DNA from: a virus
Virus record (IMG/VR): IMGVR_UViG_3300045988_172778
Coordinates: 1 to 64,000 of that record
Length of the DNA: 64,000 nt
Reading direction: 5' to 3' (one strand)
The position numbers and the translations under genes were made by a program. Under the pieces are notes generated by a model that saw nothing but the letters and a program-made list of their open reading frames with translations, did not search any database and was not told the origin of the DNA. Below, piece by piece: positions 34,350 through 44,685 of the stretch; position 1 is the first letter of the stretch, and the number at the start of each line of letters is the position of its first letter.

Positions 34350-34541
34350 ATGGGAGAAAAATGTAATCATCGAATTAAATCGAAAAACACGACCTTGCAC
34401 TTACTTGGTCGGTTATTTATGACGCACCCGAATGTCCGTCACGCCGTTTGTATGATTTGTGGAAAAGAGTTCAAGTTTGTCGAAGATGAAAATGGCGAAC
34501 TTAAACCCTTTAAGAAGAACTGTGAGGAGGCAGAAAAATGA
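34350..34541 (+). CDS. small Cys-containing protein (63 aa)
   Basis: ORF with GGGGAGG SD. Confidence 0.55.
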   Translation: MGEKCNHRIKSKNTTLHLLGRLFMTHPNVRHAVCMICGKEFKFVEDENGELKPFKKNCEEAEK

Positions 34542-35044
34542 AGATTTCAGAAGCTTGTTACGAGCAATTGAACAATCTTATCAAAAAGAGTTTCGATTGC
34601 AATGCTCAAGCGGATAACTTCGCGTATAACATCGATTACACGCGCTATCCGAACATCGCAAATCTTTATCATCATGCGTTTGCCCACAAATTTCCTCAGC
34701 TTGCGGACGTCATAAGTGACCTTATGATACAGTTAAACGCAAGACCAGTTAGAAAGGCAGTAAACGAGTATAAATCGGAATATCTCAGCCTTTATGACTT
34801 ATTTGTCGATAATGACCGAATGATGGAGGAGTATAGACAAGAGGTGCGTAAAACTATCGATATCGCAGATCTTAACGACGATTATGAAGTTAGAATCGCG
34901 ATGGAAGATTTTTTACTTAAACTTTTGCCTTATGTAAAACAGTCGGATATCTGGCGCACGAAGAGTGAGCAGTATAAGGATGATCCGTCGCAATTTGATG
35001 TGCATTTTGCAGAACTAACTACGCTTATCCCACACACATTATAA
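34538..35044 (+). CDS. hypothetical protein (168 aa)
   Basis: ORF with GAGGAGG SD. ATGA overlap. Confidence 0.65.
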   Translation: MKISEACYEQLNNLIKKSFDCNAQADNFAYNIDYTRYPNIANLYHHAFAHKFPQLADVISDLMIQLNARPVRKAVNEYKSEYLSLYDLFVDNDRMMEEYRQEVRKTIDIADLNDDYEVRIAMEDFLLKLLPYVKQSDIWRTKSEQYKDDPSQFDVHFAELTTLIPHTL

Positions 35045-35079
35045 AATTAATTAACTTATAAAAAGGGGACTTTTAACAT

Positions 35080-35817
35080 ATGAAAGAAATTGTCGATTCA
35101 ATTATTAAATATGGAAGTACCCCTGTACTGATAGCTGTGCTTATATTTATTATTATTTGGTTCGCCAGATATCTTAAAGAAATAAGTGAGAAACAGCAAG
35201 AAGCAAGCCAGAGGTCCGAGGAGCGGGCTACTGAATTCTTAAAAATGATCAAAGAGGTCGAGGATAATACTAAACATACGCATCCTGGACCAGAAGAGGA
35301 AGAAAATAGGCGTTGTAATGATTTAGTAATGAATTTGTTAAATTGTTTACGTGAAAAATCTGGCGCAAATCGTGTAAGTTGTTTTATATACCATAATGGG
35401 GGGTATAGCGTAACTGGAAGAAGTTTTCAGAAAATGTCGATGCTTTATGAAGTAGTTGACGGGAAAACAGTTTCGGTGATGAATTCTTTTCAAAATGTTC
35501 CTCGAACAATGTTTTTCACACTTACTCAAAAACTATCAGAACAGGGTTGTTACGATATTAGCAATATCGAGGACATAAAAGATGCCGATGCGATAACGTA
35601 TCAAACCTTTTATGCAAGAGGGGCAAAGGCGGCATATTGCGGCGTAATCAGGGATAGTAGGAAAAATATTCTTGGTTTCATTGTTGTTGAATATACCGCT
35701 GACAAATGTAATGATGAGAAAAAGACGAAAGACCTTATTAAAAACAAGGTCAGCAAAATAAGCGCAGCATTGGAGGTAAATCCAGAAGCTCCGCTTAATC
35801 AAGGAGGGAAGAAATAA
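35080..35817 (+). CDS. N-terminally membrane-anchored protein with GAF-like C-terminal domain
   Basis: TM segment STPVLIAVLIFIIIWFA. The C-terminal 150 aa look GAF-like (weak, by eye). Confidence 0.6.
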   Translation: MKEIVDSIIKYGSTPVLIAVLIFIIIWFARYLKEISEKQQEASQRSEERATEFLKMIKEVEDNTKHTHPGPEEEENRRCNDLVMNLLNCLREKSGANRVSCFIYHNGGYSVTGRSFQKMSMLYEVVDGKTVSVMNSFQNVPRTMFFTLTQKLSEQGCYDISNIEDIKDADAITYQTFYARGAKAAYCGVIRDSRKNILGFIVVEYTADKCNDEKKTKDLIKNKVSKISAALEVNPEAPLNQGGKK

Positions 35818-37661
35818 TGCTTAAGTGTTTTGAACTTGATTCTAACCAAATCAGAATTAGAGACATCTTAAACGACAAAAACTTCCTCGAAATAGAAATC
35901 TTTGCGATTTCTGATGCAAATCCTAACTGTAACAAAAGTCATTTTACGCTCGAGTCGATGCAAAAAGATCTCGAGTCTTTTAACGATAAGCCGATACTCG
36001 GTTTTTTCAATAAACAAGGTGATTTTGAGTCTCATAACGGAAGAGTTGCTTACGATCCAGAAGAACAAGTGGACTATTGGGACAACTCTAACGGAGAACA
36101 AATTTTAGGTTTTATTCGCCAGACGGATAGGAAAGAAATCGTAGAGAGAGACGGTTTACACTGGATTTACTGTACCGCAATGATATATACTCAATATAAC
36201 TATAAACAAGTCAAAAAATTGCTCAAAGACCGCAAGAAAAAAGTTTCGGTCGAAATAGCGGTTTTAGACAGCGAGATGGTCGACGGAATTGAATATATCA
36301 AAGAATTTGACTTAAAGGGAATAACAATTCTCGGAAGCCGTAACGGCATACAAGTCAAAGAAGGTATTGAAGGCGCGGGATTATCAATTCTCGAAGTTTT
36401 TGATGCGGCGAGATTCAGTGGACAAAAACAAACAATTATTCAAGCGTACTCTCAGTTAGAGGACGACGAGAAAAATAAGGAGGACGGAAATTTGGCTATG
36501 AAAGATTTTGAAAAAGCTCTTAAAGTCAACAAATCCAAAGAAGCCATGTCCGATACCAGTTGGGGCGACGTTGATAAAGCGGAGCTCAGAAAACGCATTG
36601 TCGAAGCGAGCAACTTTAAGGAAATCGCAGATGACGTGTTCCTCGACTTGAGAGAAGGCTGGGAAGAAGGGGAAGTTACGAAGCTCAAATATCCAGTAAT
36701 GGAGATCAAAGGCGACGAACTGGTATATAACAGAGGGGCATTAGGCTCAGCGAAGGCTTACGCCGAGAAGAACGGCGAAGAAGAAGTCTTAAAGAAGTTA
36801 AAGGCTATTTACGGGCATTTAGATCTCGACTTCGAAGCGAAGTTCGATTGCGAATGCGACGAATTCTGTGACCTTTACGAAGACGACGTTCCGTGCAATG
36901 GCGATTGCGGCGACGATTGTGATAATCATGATGATTGCGACGATTATTCGCTCGAAAAACACGCGGAAGGAGTGGTTGTCGAGGAAGCGAAGGAAGAACC
37001 TGTAGAAAAACCTGCTGTGGTTGTTGAAAAGGTTTACACCGAAAAGGAATTCAACGCGGCTTGTGACGAATTGAAGATGAAATGCAATGAAGCGGAAAGC
37101 AAATTTGCTGAAGCAGAGGGCAAATATTCGGAACTCGAAGCTAAATGCAGTGAATACGAAAACAAATGCGGCGAATACGAAAGTAAGTGTGCGGATTACG
37201 AAAAGAGATGCGCGGAGTATGAGAAGAAATGTGCAGAACTTGAAGAGAAGTGCGCGAATTACGAGGCAACCGCAGGAAAGCTTAAACTCGAAATGGATGA
37301 ATGTGTCGCAAAGATGCAGGATTACGAAGAGGTTAAGAAAGCTCGTGACGAAATGGTTGAGAAATTCGCCGTTATGAAGGTCAACGAGCAAAAAGATTAT
37401 ATTTCCAATGTATGCGCTAAAATGAAGTTTACGGAAGAAGAGATTAAACCGATTGGTGAAAAATGCGAAAGAAGAGAATATGAAGATATCGACGCGATAG
37501 ACAGAGATATCGCTTATTTGTCTTTCCAAAAAACTAAGGCGACACTTTTCAGTGAAAAAACGGAAATGTTTAGTGTAAATATTGTGGAAGAACCAAAACA
37601 AAAATCTGGTCGCAAAGAAAAAACATTACAAGAGCGACTCAAAGATAATTTAAGAAAATAA
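35817..37661 (+). CDS. scaffold-like / prohead-associated protein (614 aa)
   Basis: Position before the capsid gene. Acidic, with a Cys/Asp cluster and a Cys-bearing heptad coiled coil. Confidence 0.45.
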   Translation: MLKCFELDSNQIRIRDILNDKNFLEIEIFAISDANPNCNKSHFTLESMQKDLESFNDKPILGFFNKQGDFESHNGRVAYDPEEQVDYWDNSNGEQILGFIRQTDRKEIVERDGLHWIYCTAMIYTQYNYKQVKKLLKDRKKKVSVEIAVLDSEMVDGIEYIKEFDLKGITILGSRNGIQVKEGIEGAGLSILEVFDAARFSGQKQTIIQAYSQLEDDEKNKEDGNLAMKDFEKALKVNKSKEAMSDTSWGDVDKAELRKRIVEASNFKEIADDVFLDLREGWEEGEVTKLKYPVMEIKGDELVYNRGALGSAKAYAEKNGEEEVLKKLKAIYGHLDLDFEAKFDCECDEFCDLYEDDVPCNGDCGDDCDNHDDCDDYSLEKHAEGVVVEEAKEEPVEKPAVVVEKVYTEKEFNAACDELKMKCNEAESKFAEAEGKYSELEAKCSEYENKCGEYESKCADYEKRCAEYEKKCAELEEKCANYEATAGKLKLEMDECVAKMQDYEEVKKARDEMVEKFAVMKVNEQKDYISNVCAKMKFTEEEIKPIGEKCERREYEDIDAIDRDIAYLSFQKTKATLFSEKTEMFSVNIVEEPKQKSGRKEKTLQERLKDNLRK

Positions 37662-37678
37662 TTAAGGAGAAATTTAAT

Positions 37679-38221
37679 ATGGCTACTTTTGCTAAAATTA
37701 AAATGATGTCGGAAGACGTCAATTCTCTTCTTCTTACTGGTAAGTTTAAGGCTAAAGGCCAACTTGCTAGAGTTGAAGATGGCGCTATCGTAGTTGTTGG
37801 CGACTTGATGGATAGCACGGTATATGCTAATAACAAAGATATGAACGTATTTGAAATCGCCGCGCCTGCTGCTGATACCGATGAAGTTGCGATAGTTGAT
37901 ATCGTCGACGTTTCGAAGGGTGATGTTTATGGTGACGCGTGGAGACTCGGTGTTAGAACCGACAGCCTCTTTGCTGAACCTGGTCAGCCTGTTAGAGTGA
38001 GAATATTCCATAAGTATGACAGATTTGAACTCTCGGCTGATGGTTTCAAGAGTGAACCTGCCGTTGGTAAATATGCTGTTATTGAAGCTGGAAACACTAA
38101 GCTCGTTCCTTCGGATGAAGCTCCTGCTGCTGGAAAATTCGGCGTTAAGATCGAAATGGCGAAAGATTTCGTTATAGGTCAGACTGTTGCGGGCAAGAAA
38201 TATTACTGCCGTGTACTTTAA
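37679..38221 (+). CDS. hypothetical head-module protein (180 aa)
   Basis: Strong SD TAAGGAG. Lies between the scaffold-like and capsid genes. Confidence 0.7.
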   Translation: MATFAKIKMMSEDVNSLLLTGKFKAKGQLARVEDGAIVVVGDLMDSTVYANNKDMNVFEIAAPAADTDEVAIVDIVDVSKGDVYGDAWRLGVRTDSLFAEPGQPVRVRIFHKYDRFELSADGFKSEPAVGKYAVIEAGNTKLVPSDEAPAAGKFGVKIEMAKDFVIGQTVAGKKYYCRVL

Positions 38222-38245
38222 TTTTTAAGGGAGGAATAGAATATT

Positions 38246-39340
38246 ATGTTAAAAATGTTTAATTATAAGAAATCTGAAGTTGCCCTTTTTAATGATGTTG
38301 TAGACGGTATCGTTGATTCCGCTCGTCAAAGCATCGAAGGCGTTCAGAACCGTAAAGAATACGAGGAAATGCAGGATGTAGTTTGCGAAAACCTCGTTAA
38401 ATACTGCGTAAGCAACACTCGTTATGAGAACAGATTTGAAGCGGAAGGTCTTGACCTTATAAAGAGTCCCGCTGTTAACGGAAGCAGAGATTTCAGAGAA
38501 AACTTCGACGCGGTTATCGCGCAGGTTATCAACGCGACTCTTCCGATGACGATGAGCTCGAGATTTGCCGACACGTTTATGGAACTTCATCATGTTGGTT
38601 GGGGCGACACCGCTCGTTTCATCGTTGATTCCAACGAACTCTATCAGGTAAACGAACTTGCGGAAGGTATCCACCGTGGTGCCCTTCAGCACATTTACAA
38701 CAACGAGATTTCGGTTAACCCGCAGCCCGTTGAAATCGCTGTTTCGATCGACTGGTATCTTCTCGCTTCGAGAAAGTTTGATATCGGTGTTTGGGCTGCG
38801 AAGATCGCTCGCTCGTTCGAAAACTACGTTCTTGCGAAAGCTATCGCTTCGCTCCTTTCTGTAACGGATGGACTTGGCGCTGGTTACACCACGAACGGTG
38901 TTGACGTTAAGAAATTCGGCACGCTTGCTCAGAGAGTATCTGCGGCTAACAACGGCGCTGCTGTTTATGCTCTTGGTACTTCCGTTGCGCTTGCTTCGCT
39001 TATGCCCAACACGGTAGGCCTTCAGTATGGTCTTGGCGTTGAAATCACGAAGAACGGCTTCCTTGACAGATATCTTGGAACTAACGTTATCGCGATTGAT
39101 CAGGCTATCGATCCGTCGACCTTGAATTCGACCGCTAACCTTATGGTTCCCGATGATAAGATTTTCCTTATCGCGGCTGGCGCGTACAAACCTCTCAAAG
39201 TTGTTATGGAAGGTAATGAAATCACCCTTACCGACATTCCTGAATATACTTCTGACAGAACTTACGTATTTTCCGTAAAAGTCCGTCTCGGAATCAAAGC
39301 GGTGCTTGGGTCCAAACACGGCGTTATCAACCTCGGTTAA
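38246..39340 (+). CDS. major capsid protein (putative)
   Basis: 364 aa, strong SD AAGGGAGG, followed by a hairpin. Position after the scaffold-like gene. The antisense 356-aa ORF is low-complexity. Confidence 0.6.
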   Translation: MLKMFNYKKSEVALFNDVVDGIVDSARQSIEGVQNRKEYEEMQDVVCENLVKYCVSNTRYENRFEAEGLDLIKSPAVNGSRDFRENFDAVIAQVINATLPMTMSSRFADTFMELHHVGWGDTARFIVDSNELYQVNELAEGIHRGALQHIYNNEISVNPQPVEIAVSIDWYLLASRKFDIGVWAAKIARSFENYVLAKAIASLLSVTDGLGAGYTTNGVDVKKFGTLAQRVSAANNGAAVYALGTSVALASLMPNTVGLQYGLGVEITKNGFLDRYLGTNVIAIDQAIDPSTLNSTANLMVPDDKIFLIAAGAYKPLKVVMEGNEITLTDIPEYTSDRTYVFSVKVRLGIKAVLGSKHGVINLG

Positions 39341-39351
39341 TTAAGTTTTTT

Positions 39352-39382
39352 AATGGCGTTTCTTTTAAAAAAAAACGCCATT
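39352..39382 (+). terminator. 10-bp hairpin after the capsid gene
   Basis: AATGGCGTTT-loop-AAACGCCATT. Confidence 0.5.
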
Positions 39383-39397
39383 TCCATTACAAAACGC

Positions 39398-39426
39398 TTG
39401 ACAAGTGTCAAGCAATTTGTTATAAT
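39398..39426 (+). promoter_or_regulatory. sigma70-type promoter of the endonuclease cassette
   Basis: AACGCTTGACA-N17-TATAAT. Confidence 0.65.
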
Positions 39427-39524
39427 TAACGTGTAAATTGCGGGACAGCGACGGCCATCGTTTCCTTTTGACTCCTTACCCCAAGGATTACCGCTTTTTA
39501 TATATTTTGTAAGGAGATCAAAAA

Positions 39525-41453
39525 ATGAGAAATTTTTCGAAAGAAGAGTTATATGAATTATATATAACTCAAAACAAATCAAAAAGAGAAGTAGCTGAAA
39601 TATTGCATACTAACGAGAAGACTTTGGGCGATTATTTTAAAAAATATGGAATAAAAAAATCAAAAGAAGATGTCGTTAGAGCAAGAGAATTGACATGCTT
39701 GAAAAATTTTGGTTCAACAAACCCAATGAAAAATATTGAAATCGCGCAAGAACTTCGTTCCAAACAAATAGATAGTGGTAAAATTAAAGATATACCATAC
39801 GAAGAGCTTTATGATGTTTTGGTTAATAAAAAAATGCTTGTAACCAATGCGGCGAATTTTTTTCATACTTCAATAAGCACCATAAAGAGACTTGCAAAAG
39901 AAAACGGGATTGAAATTTGTAAAGAAGAATTAAAATCCGTTGATAAAGACGAGTTGGAAAATTATTATATTACAGAAAAACATACTCGCGAAGAATGTGC
40001 AGAGCATTTTGGAGTATCTTATTCTCATATTAAAACGTTTTTGAAAAAGTATAAAATCGAAAAAAGTAAAGATGAGATTTTTGAAAACATTAAACGTGGG
40101 CATAAGCGTAAAACTGGATATGAATATGCTTTGCAAAACCCAGAATCGATAGAAAAACAAAAGGCCACTTATAAAAATAGAACCAAAGAGGAAAAGTCGG
40201 AGACAATTGAAAAACGCAAAAATACCTGTATGGATAGATTTGGTGTGAATAACCCTTTGTGTTCGAAAGATATAAAAGAAAAAGCTTTTGCCACTAATAT
40301 AGAAAGATATGGATATAAAACATCAATTCAAAATCCAGAAATTCGTAAAAAAGCGGAAGATACTTTATTTGATCGGTTTGGAGTCAGGAACCCGTCTTTA
40401 GTTCCCGAGTTTAAACAAAAAAGAGAAAACACCATGCGAGAAAGATTTGGTGTTTGTAATTACGGAGAGATTGTCTTATCGGAAGATATTAGGAATTTAC
40501 TTAATGATAAAGATAAATTCAAAAAATATGTTTTAGATAATAAGTTGTCGACAACGTATGATATCGCGGAAAGTATAGGATGTTCGATTACAACTATTAC
40601 AAACAGAATTCACGAGTATAATTTAGAGGATTTGGTGAATAGGTCTCAATCGCATTTTGAGACGGAAATCAATCGTATTCTGACCGATTGGAATGTCAGG
40701 CATTATAAAACAAGACAAATTTTAAGTAACAAACAAGAAATAGATTTTTATTGTCCGAATGAAGCGGTTGGTTTTGAATTTAATGGTAATTGGCCTCATT
40801 GTTCGATTAATAAAGATAAAAAATACCACATGGACAAATCATTGGAAGCGCAAGAAAAGAATGTAAGATTTGTTCATATATATGAATACGAATGGTGTAA
40901 CCCCCAAAAACAGCCAATAATATTATCTTTAATGCGTGGAGCGCTTGGGCTTTTTGATAAAAAAATATATGCAAGAAATTGTAAAACAAAAGAGGTTGGA
41001 ACAAAAGAGTATTTCGACTTTTGTAATCAAAATCATACCCAAGGTTATAGGCAAGCAAGGGTTATTTATGGGCTTTATTTCAATGATGAATTAGTTCAAA
41101 TAATGAGTTTTTCTCATAATGATAAATATGAGTGGGAGATAATTCGTGAATGTTCTAAAATCAATACTCAAGTAATTGGCGGTAACTCAAAGCTGTTTAA
41201 ATATTTTATAAAAACGCAAAATCCAAACAGTATTTTTAGTTATTGCGATTTTAATAAATTTAATGGCAAAGGCTATGAGTTATTGGGTATGAAATTTATA
41301 GGATATACTGGTCCAGATATGAAATGGTATTTGAAAGGCAATATAGTTATAAATAGAAGTCCAAGTAAAAACAAAGAACTCAAAGAAAAAGCTATTGCCC
41401 AAATTTGGGGCGCTGGTTCTAAAAAGTATTTGTGGATAAAACCGCAAGAATAA
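39525..41453 (+). mobile_element. free-standing Hef-like homing endonuclease (HTH repeats + repeat array + Vsr/PD-(D/E)XK-like core)
   Basis: Three HTH repeats (ELYELYITQNKSKREVAEIL...). Repeated RFGV.NP...PE units. EIDFYCPNEAVGFEFNGNWPH. KIYARNCKTKEV...NHTQGY...YGLYFNDELVQIMSF. AT-rich. Confidence 0.5.
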
Positions 41454-41515
41454 GTTAAAACAAAAGTCACGTAAGCGGCGTTTTGTATGATAAAAGTAGT
41501 AAAAGGAGAAAAATT

Positions 41516-42229
41516 ATGGCAACAACAACGACAAAAAAAGAAATCACCGAAGAATTAGAGAAGAAACCTGCGCCCCCAGTAGGCGCCACATCTACGGCAA
41601 TAAAATCGCCGAAAACAGACAACCTTGACGCGAAAATGGCAAATCTGACTGACCTTATGTCTCAGTTCGTTCAGGCGATGATGGCAAATCAAGCAGCTCG
41701 CACAGAGGTTAGAACACCCGAAGACAAAATTGTAATTGTCCATTTGGCACAGACTGACCCCCAACTTGGAACCACAATTCACCTTTCCAACACAGAAATT
41801 GGAATGACCGAATTCGGTGAAGAAAGGCAGCTCACGATACAGCAGTTCGAAGAATTGCTTTCGAAATACAGAAGCTGGTTCGCTAAGGGACTTTTGTGTG
41901 TGGCAGACGGATACGAAGAGGCAGCTAAAAAATATGGCGTAACAACCGCAGGTTCGTGCCCCATAGATAAGACGTTCATAAAGGGGCTCGGAGATATACC
42001 AATGAGCAAGATCGAAGAGGTTTACGCTAAACTTCCAGAATACGGAAAAGAAAACCTCGTAAGTTACTGGATCAGGTGTGCTTATGACGGAAATCCGAAA
42101 TTCACCGATATGCGTAAATTAAAACAGTTTAACGATATAACGGGCGGCAAGTTCGATAATATAATCGTTGAATTCGAGGGAAGAAAAGATACGCCCGAAA
42201 GTAATAGACCAAACATCGTAAGATACTAA
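41516..42229 (+). CDS. hypothetical structural-module protein (237 aa)
   Basis: Start at MATTTTKKE after AAAGGAG. A terminator follows. Confidence 0.65.
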   Translation: MATTTTKKEITEELEKKPAPPVGATSTAIKSPKTDNLDAKMANLTDLMSQFVQAMMANQAARTEVRTPEDKIVIVHLAQTDPQLGTTIHLSNTEIGMTEFGEERQLTIQQFEELLSKYRSWFAKGLLCVADGYEEAAKKYGVTTAGSCPIDKTFIKGLGDIPMSKIEEVYAKLPEYGKENLVSYWIRCAYDGNPKFTDMRKLKQFNDITGGKFDNIIVEFEGRKDTPESNRPNIVRY

Positions 42230-42246
42230 TTTAATCAAATAAATAA

Positions 42247-42282
42247 AAGCCCCATTTCATTACACGATTTGGGGCTTTTTAA
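42247..42282 (+). terminator. intrinsic terminator
   Basis: AAGCCCCA-loop-TGGGGCTTTTT. Confidence 0.7.
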
Positions 42283-42309
42283 ATAAAAAAATAACGGAGG
42301 GGAACACCA

Positions 42310-43020
42310 ATGATTCAGTTCTCAGATATTTACGAGCGGACGGTTAATCTTATTGATGACCCCGATATCAACAGAGCTTATTTAACAAACACAATTGAAT
42401 TTCAGAAAATAATGTACAATTTCCTCATCAACGGTTTAAGTTACTTTTCCAACCCGATAAACGTATCCGACGCGCTTGCACAGTACGACAAACCGACTGG
42501 CGAGACAGAAGTCGGAAAGTGCGAGGCTGGAAAGCAGATTTACAATGTCACGATGGACATACCCAAAGACGCGGAGATTGTATTTTACATAGACACGCCG
42601 AACAAAAAAGGCGTGTTAATCAAACACCGAACGGAAGCGACTTATGACGCGACCGCTAAAACCGTCGAGTTCGCGAACCCCGTGAACGATGGCGAACAAT
42701 ATGAAATCGAGTGGTATAAGGCAGGCGCATTTACGGCGGATTTTATCGCCGCAGGGAAAGCAATTGGCGATTCGATGACAAAGCGTGTAACGGAAATACT
42801 CGCAAGAACAACGGTAATCGCGTGGGCAGAGAAAGAGCAAAATTTCTTGCTCGATATTCGTAATGTGTTCAATGATACCGACTTTAAACTTCATTCGCCC
42901 GCAAATTCGTTGAAGGCAAAAACCGATTGGGTAAAGGATTTGCAGTTCGAGATTTATTCGTTGCAGAACAAGCTCGATTGGGATTTGCGGAATAGGAGCG
43001 TGAGTTGGTATGGATACTAA
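42310..43020 (+). CDS. hypothetical structural protein (236 aa)
   Basis: ORF with CGGAGGGG SD. Confidence 0.65.
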   Translation: MIQFSDIYERTVNLIDDPDINRAYLTNTIEFQKIMYNFLINGLSYFSNPINVSDALAQYDKPTGETEVGKCEAGKQIYNVTMDIPKDAEIVFYIDTPNKKGVLIKHRTEATYDATAKTVEFANPVNDGEQYEIEWYKAGAFTADFIAAGKAIGDSMTKRVTEILARTTVIAWAEKEQNFLLDIRNVFNDTDFKLHSPANSLKAKTDWVKDLQFEIYSLQNKLDWDLRNRSVSWYGY

Positions 43021-43360
43021 TACGTTTGAAAACCGCATAATAATTTCCGACGCCGCGAAAAAGAAATTCCTTGAAAAACTTATCGGCAAGATGATAAAGA
43101 TTTTACATCTTGTTGAGGAGAGAGAAGAAACTGGAATTGACCCTCGTGATTTCATATACGGACAACTCGTCGAGTTAAACTCGGCTAACCAATTATTCGA
43201 CAACGAATTGGTTGAAATAATCGTAAAACTCAATGTGGTTTATCGCGATTTCAACAAAGTCGAATTTAAAGCAATAAAAAAACAAATTTTCGAGATAAAG
43301 CGTAAAATCAACTATCTTATTGATTTAATCGACGCTCGCGAGAAGGAGGCGGCGAAATGA
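43010..43360 (+). CDS. hypothetical protein (116 aa)
   Basis: Overlapping ORF with a weak SD. Confidence 0.5.
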   Translation: MDTNTFENRIIISDAAKKKFLEKLIGKMIKILHLVEEREETGIDPRDFIYGQLVELNSANQLFDNELVEIIVKLNVVYRDFNKVEFKAIKKQIFEIKRKINYLIDLIDAREKEAAK

Positions 43361-44661
43361 GCAAAATAATAAACAGCGCGTTTACCCCGACTTCTTATGT
43401 TTACGATCTCGAAAACAATGTCGGCGCTAATAACGGAGAACCTTACAAAATAATCTCTCAAACGCCGAAGAATTATTCAAAATATAACTACTACTTACAC
43501 ACGTTGCAGGATAAAATCGACGCCGATTGGAAATACCGTCCTAACAGAGTTGACGTTGAAGAACAGGAAATCGAAGATTGGGGCACGGATAAATACACCC
43601 CGATTGAGGTTGTTATTCAGACGCTCAAAAATGACAAAGGCGAGAAGCTTGCGGACGACTATAAAAAGCTCGTATTCCGTGATATTCAACACAACAAACT
43701 TCTCGGAATGAAATATCGTTTCTCGTTTAACTTCGATCTCGAAGAAGATGACGTGGATAAGTTCTGCTGGCTCATTACAAACCTAAACGAAACTGACCCG
43801 ATGAGCGCGGTTGTAATAACTCGTTGTAACGGCACGATTGCTTCAGTTTTTAAGAACGCAGACGGTTATAACGACGTTCATATTGAAGAAGTTATCGCAG
43901 GAACCGATTTGTCTGGAACGGGCTTCCATTTCAATGAGGCGATTTTGACACAGAAAGACAGTATAGTGATGATTGTTCAGGCAAACGATTATACGCGCGG
44001 TTATTACGTGAACCAACGTTTTATCGTCGGCTACGACACGGTTTATAAAGTAACAAACATTGAAAATTACAACAGCAGAAGCACTTATAAGGCGAAGGAT
44101 AACGGGTTAATCGTGTTATACGCGACCGTTGACCAAAAGAGCGAGCAAGACATCTTTGACAAAGAGGTTTACGGGAAAGAACACGTTTACCTCGCGTATA
44201 ATAAAGCGGAAGACCAAATTACGGTTACGCCGCCTGACGTTAGCGAGGGATATACGTTCAGATTTTACGAACCCGTTCCGATGCCGACCGAATTATACAG
44301 CGAACCGATTACGTTCAAAGTCGGCTTATTCCGAGGTGACGCGTTGGTCGAAGCGTCCGTCAATATCAGCATAACGCTTGGTACGCTTGTGCCGTTTGCG
44401 GTTTACGACCCGAATACTTACGCGGGTTATGCGTTCCTTATCACGAAAAATGGGGAGCAATTTTACGTTGTTGATCTGGCTGATTACGAGAAATACGTCG
44501 AAGTCGTTGATGATGACGACAAAGGTACGTTCACACTTCGCAGGCTGAAAGTTTACGCTCGTAAAGAACTCGTCGTTATGGCTTATATATCGGCAGAAAA
44601 CAGTCCGACAGGCAAAGAGATGAAACAATCGTTCGTTTTGAGCCTCCGTGGGTTGGAGTAA
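43357..44661 (+). CDS. hypothetical structural protein (434 aa)
   Basis: ORF with GAAGGAGG SD. Confidence 0.7.
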   Translation: MSKIINSAFTPTSYVYDLENNVGANNGEPYKIISQTPKNYSKYNYYLHTLQDKIDADWKYRPNRVDVEEQEIEDWGTDKYTPIEVVIQTLKNDKGEKLADDYKKLVFRDIQHNKLLGMKYRFSFNFDLEEDDVDKFCWLITNLNETDPMSAVVITRCNGTIASVFKNADGYNDVHIEEVIAGTDLSGTGFHFNEAILTQKDSIVMIVQANDYTRGYYVNQRFIVGYDTVYKVTNIENYNSRSTYKAKDNGLIVLYATVDQKSEQDIFDKEVYGKEHVYLAYNKAEDQITVTPPDVSEGYTFRFYEPVPMPTELYSEPITFKVGLFRGDALVEASVNISITLGTLVPFAVYDPNTYAGYAFLITKNGEQFYVVDLADYEKYVEVVDDDDKGTFTLRRLKVYARKELVVMAYISAENSPTGKEMKQSFVLSLRGLE

Positions 44662-44685
44662 AAGTGAGAAAAGGAGGAAACACGC

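Noticed and set aside
36819-37601. 260-aa minus-strand ORF antisense to the scaffold-like gene
   Set aside because: It is a Phe/Leu/Ile-rich mirror of the Glu/Lys-rich coiled-coil region, a typical antisense artefact.
38249-39319. 356-aa minus-strand ORF antisense to the capsid gene
   Set aside because: Its translation is low-complexity (R/S/N/F-rich). It has no SD and runs opposite to the whole operon. The plus-strand ORF has a strong SD and protein-like composition.
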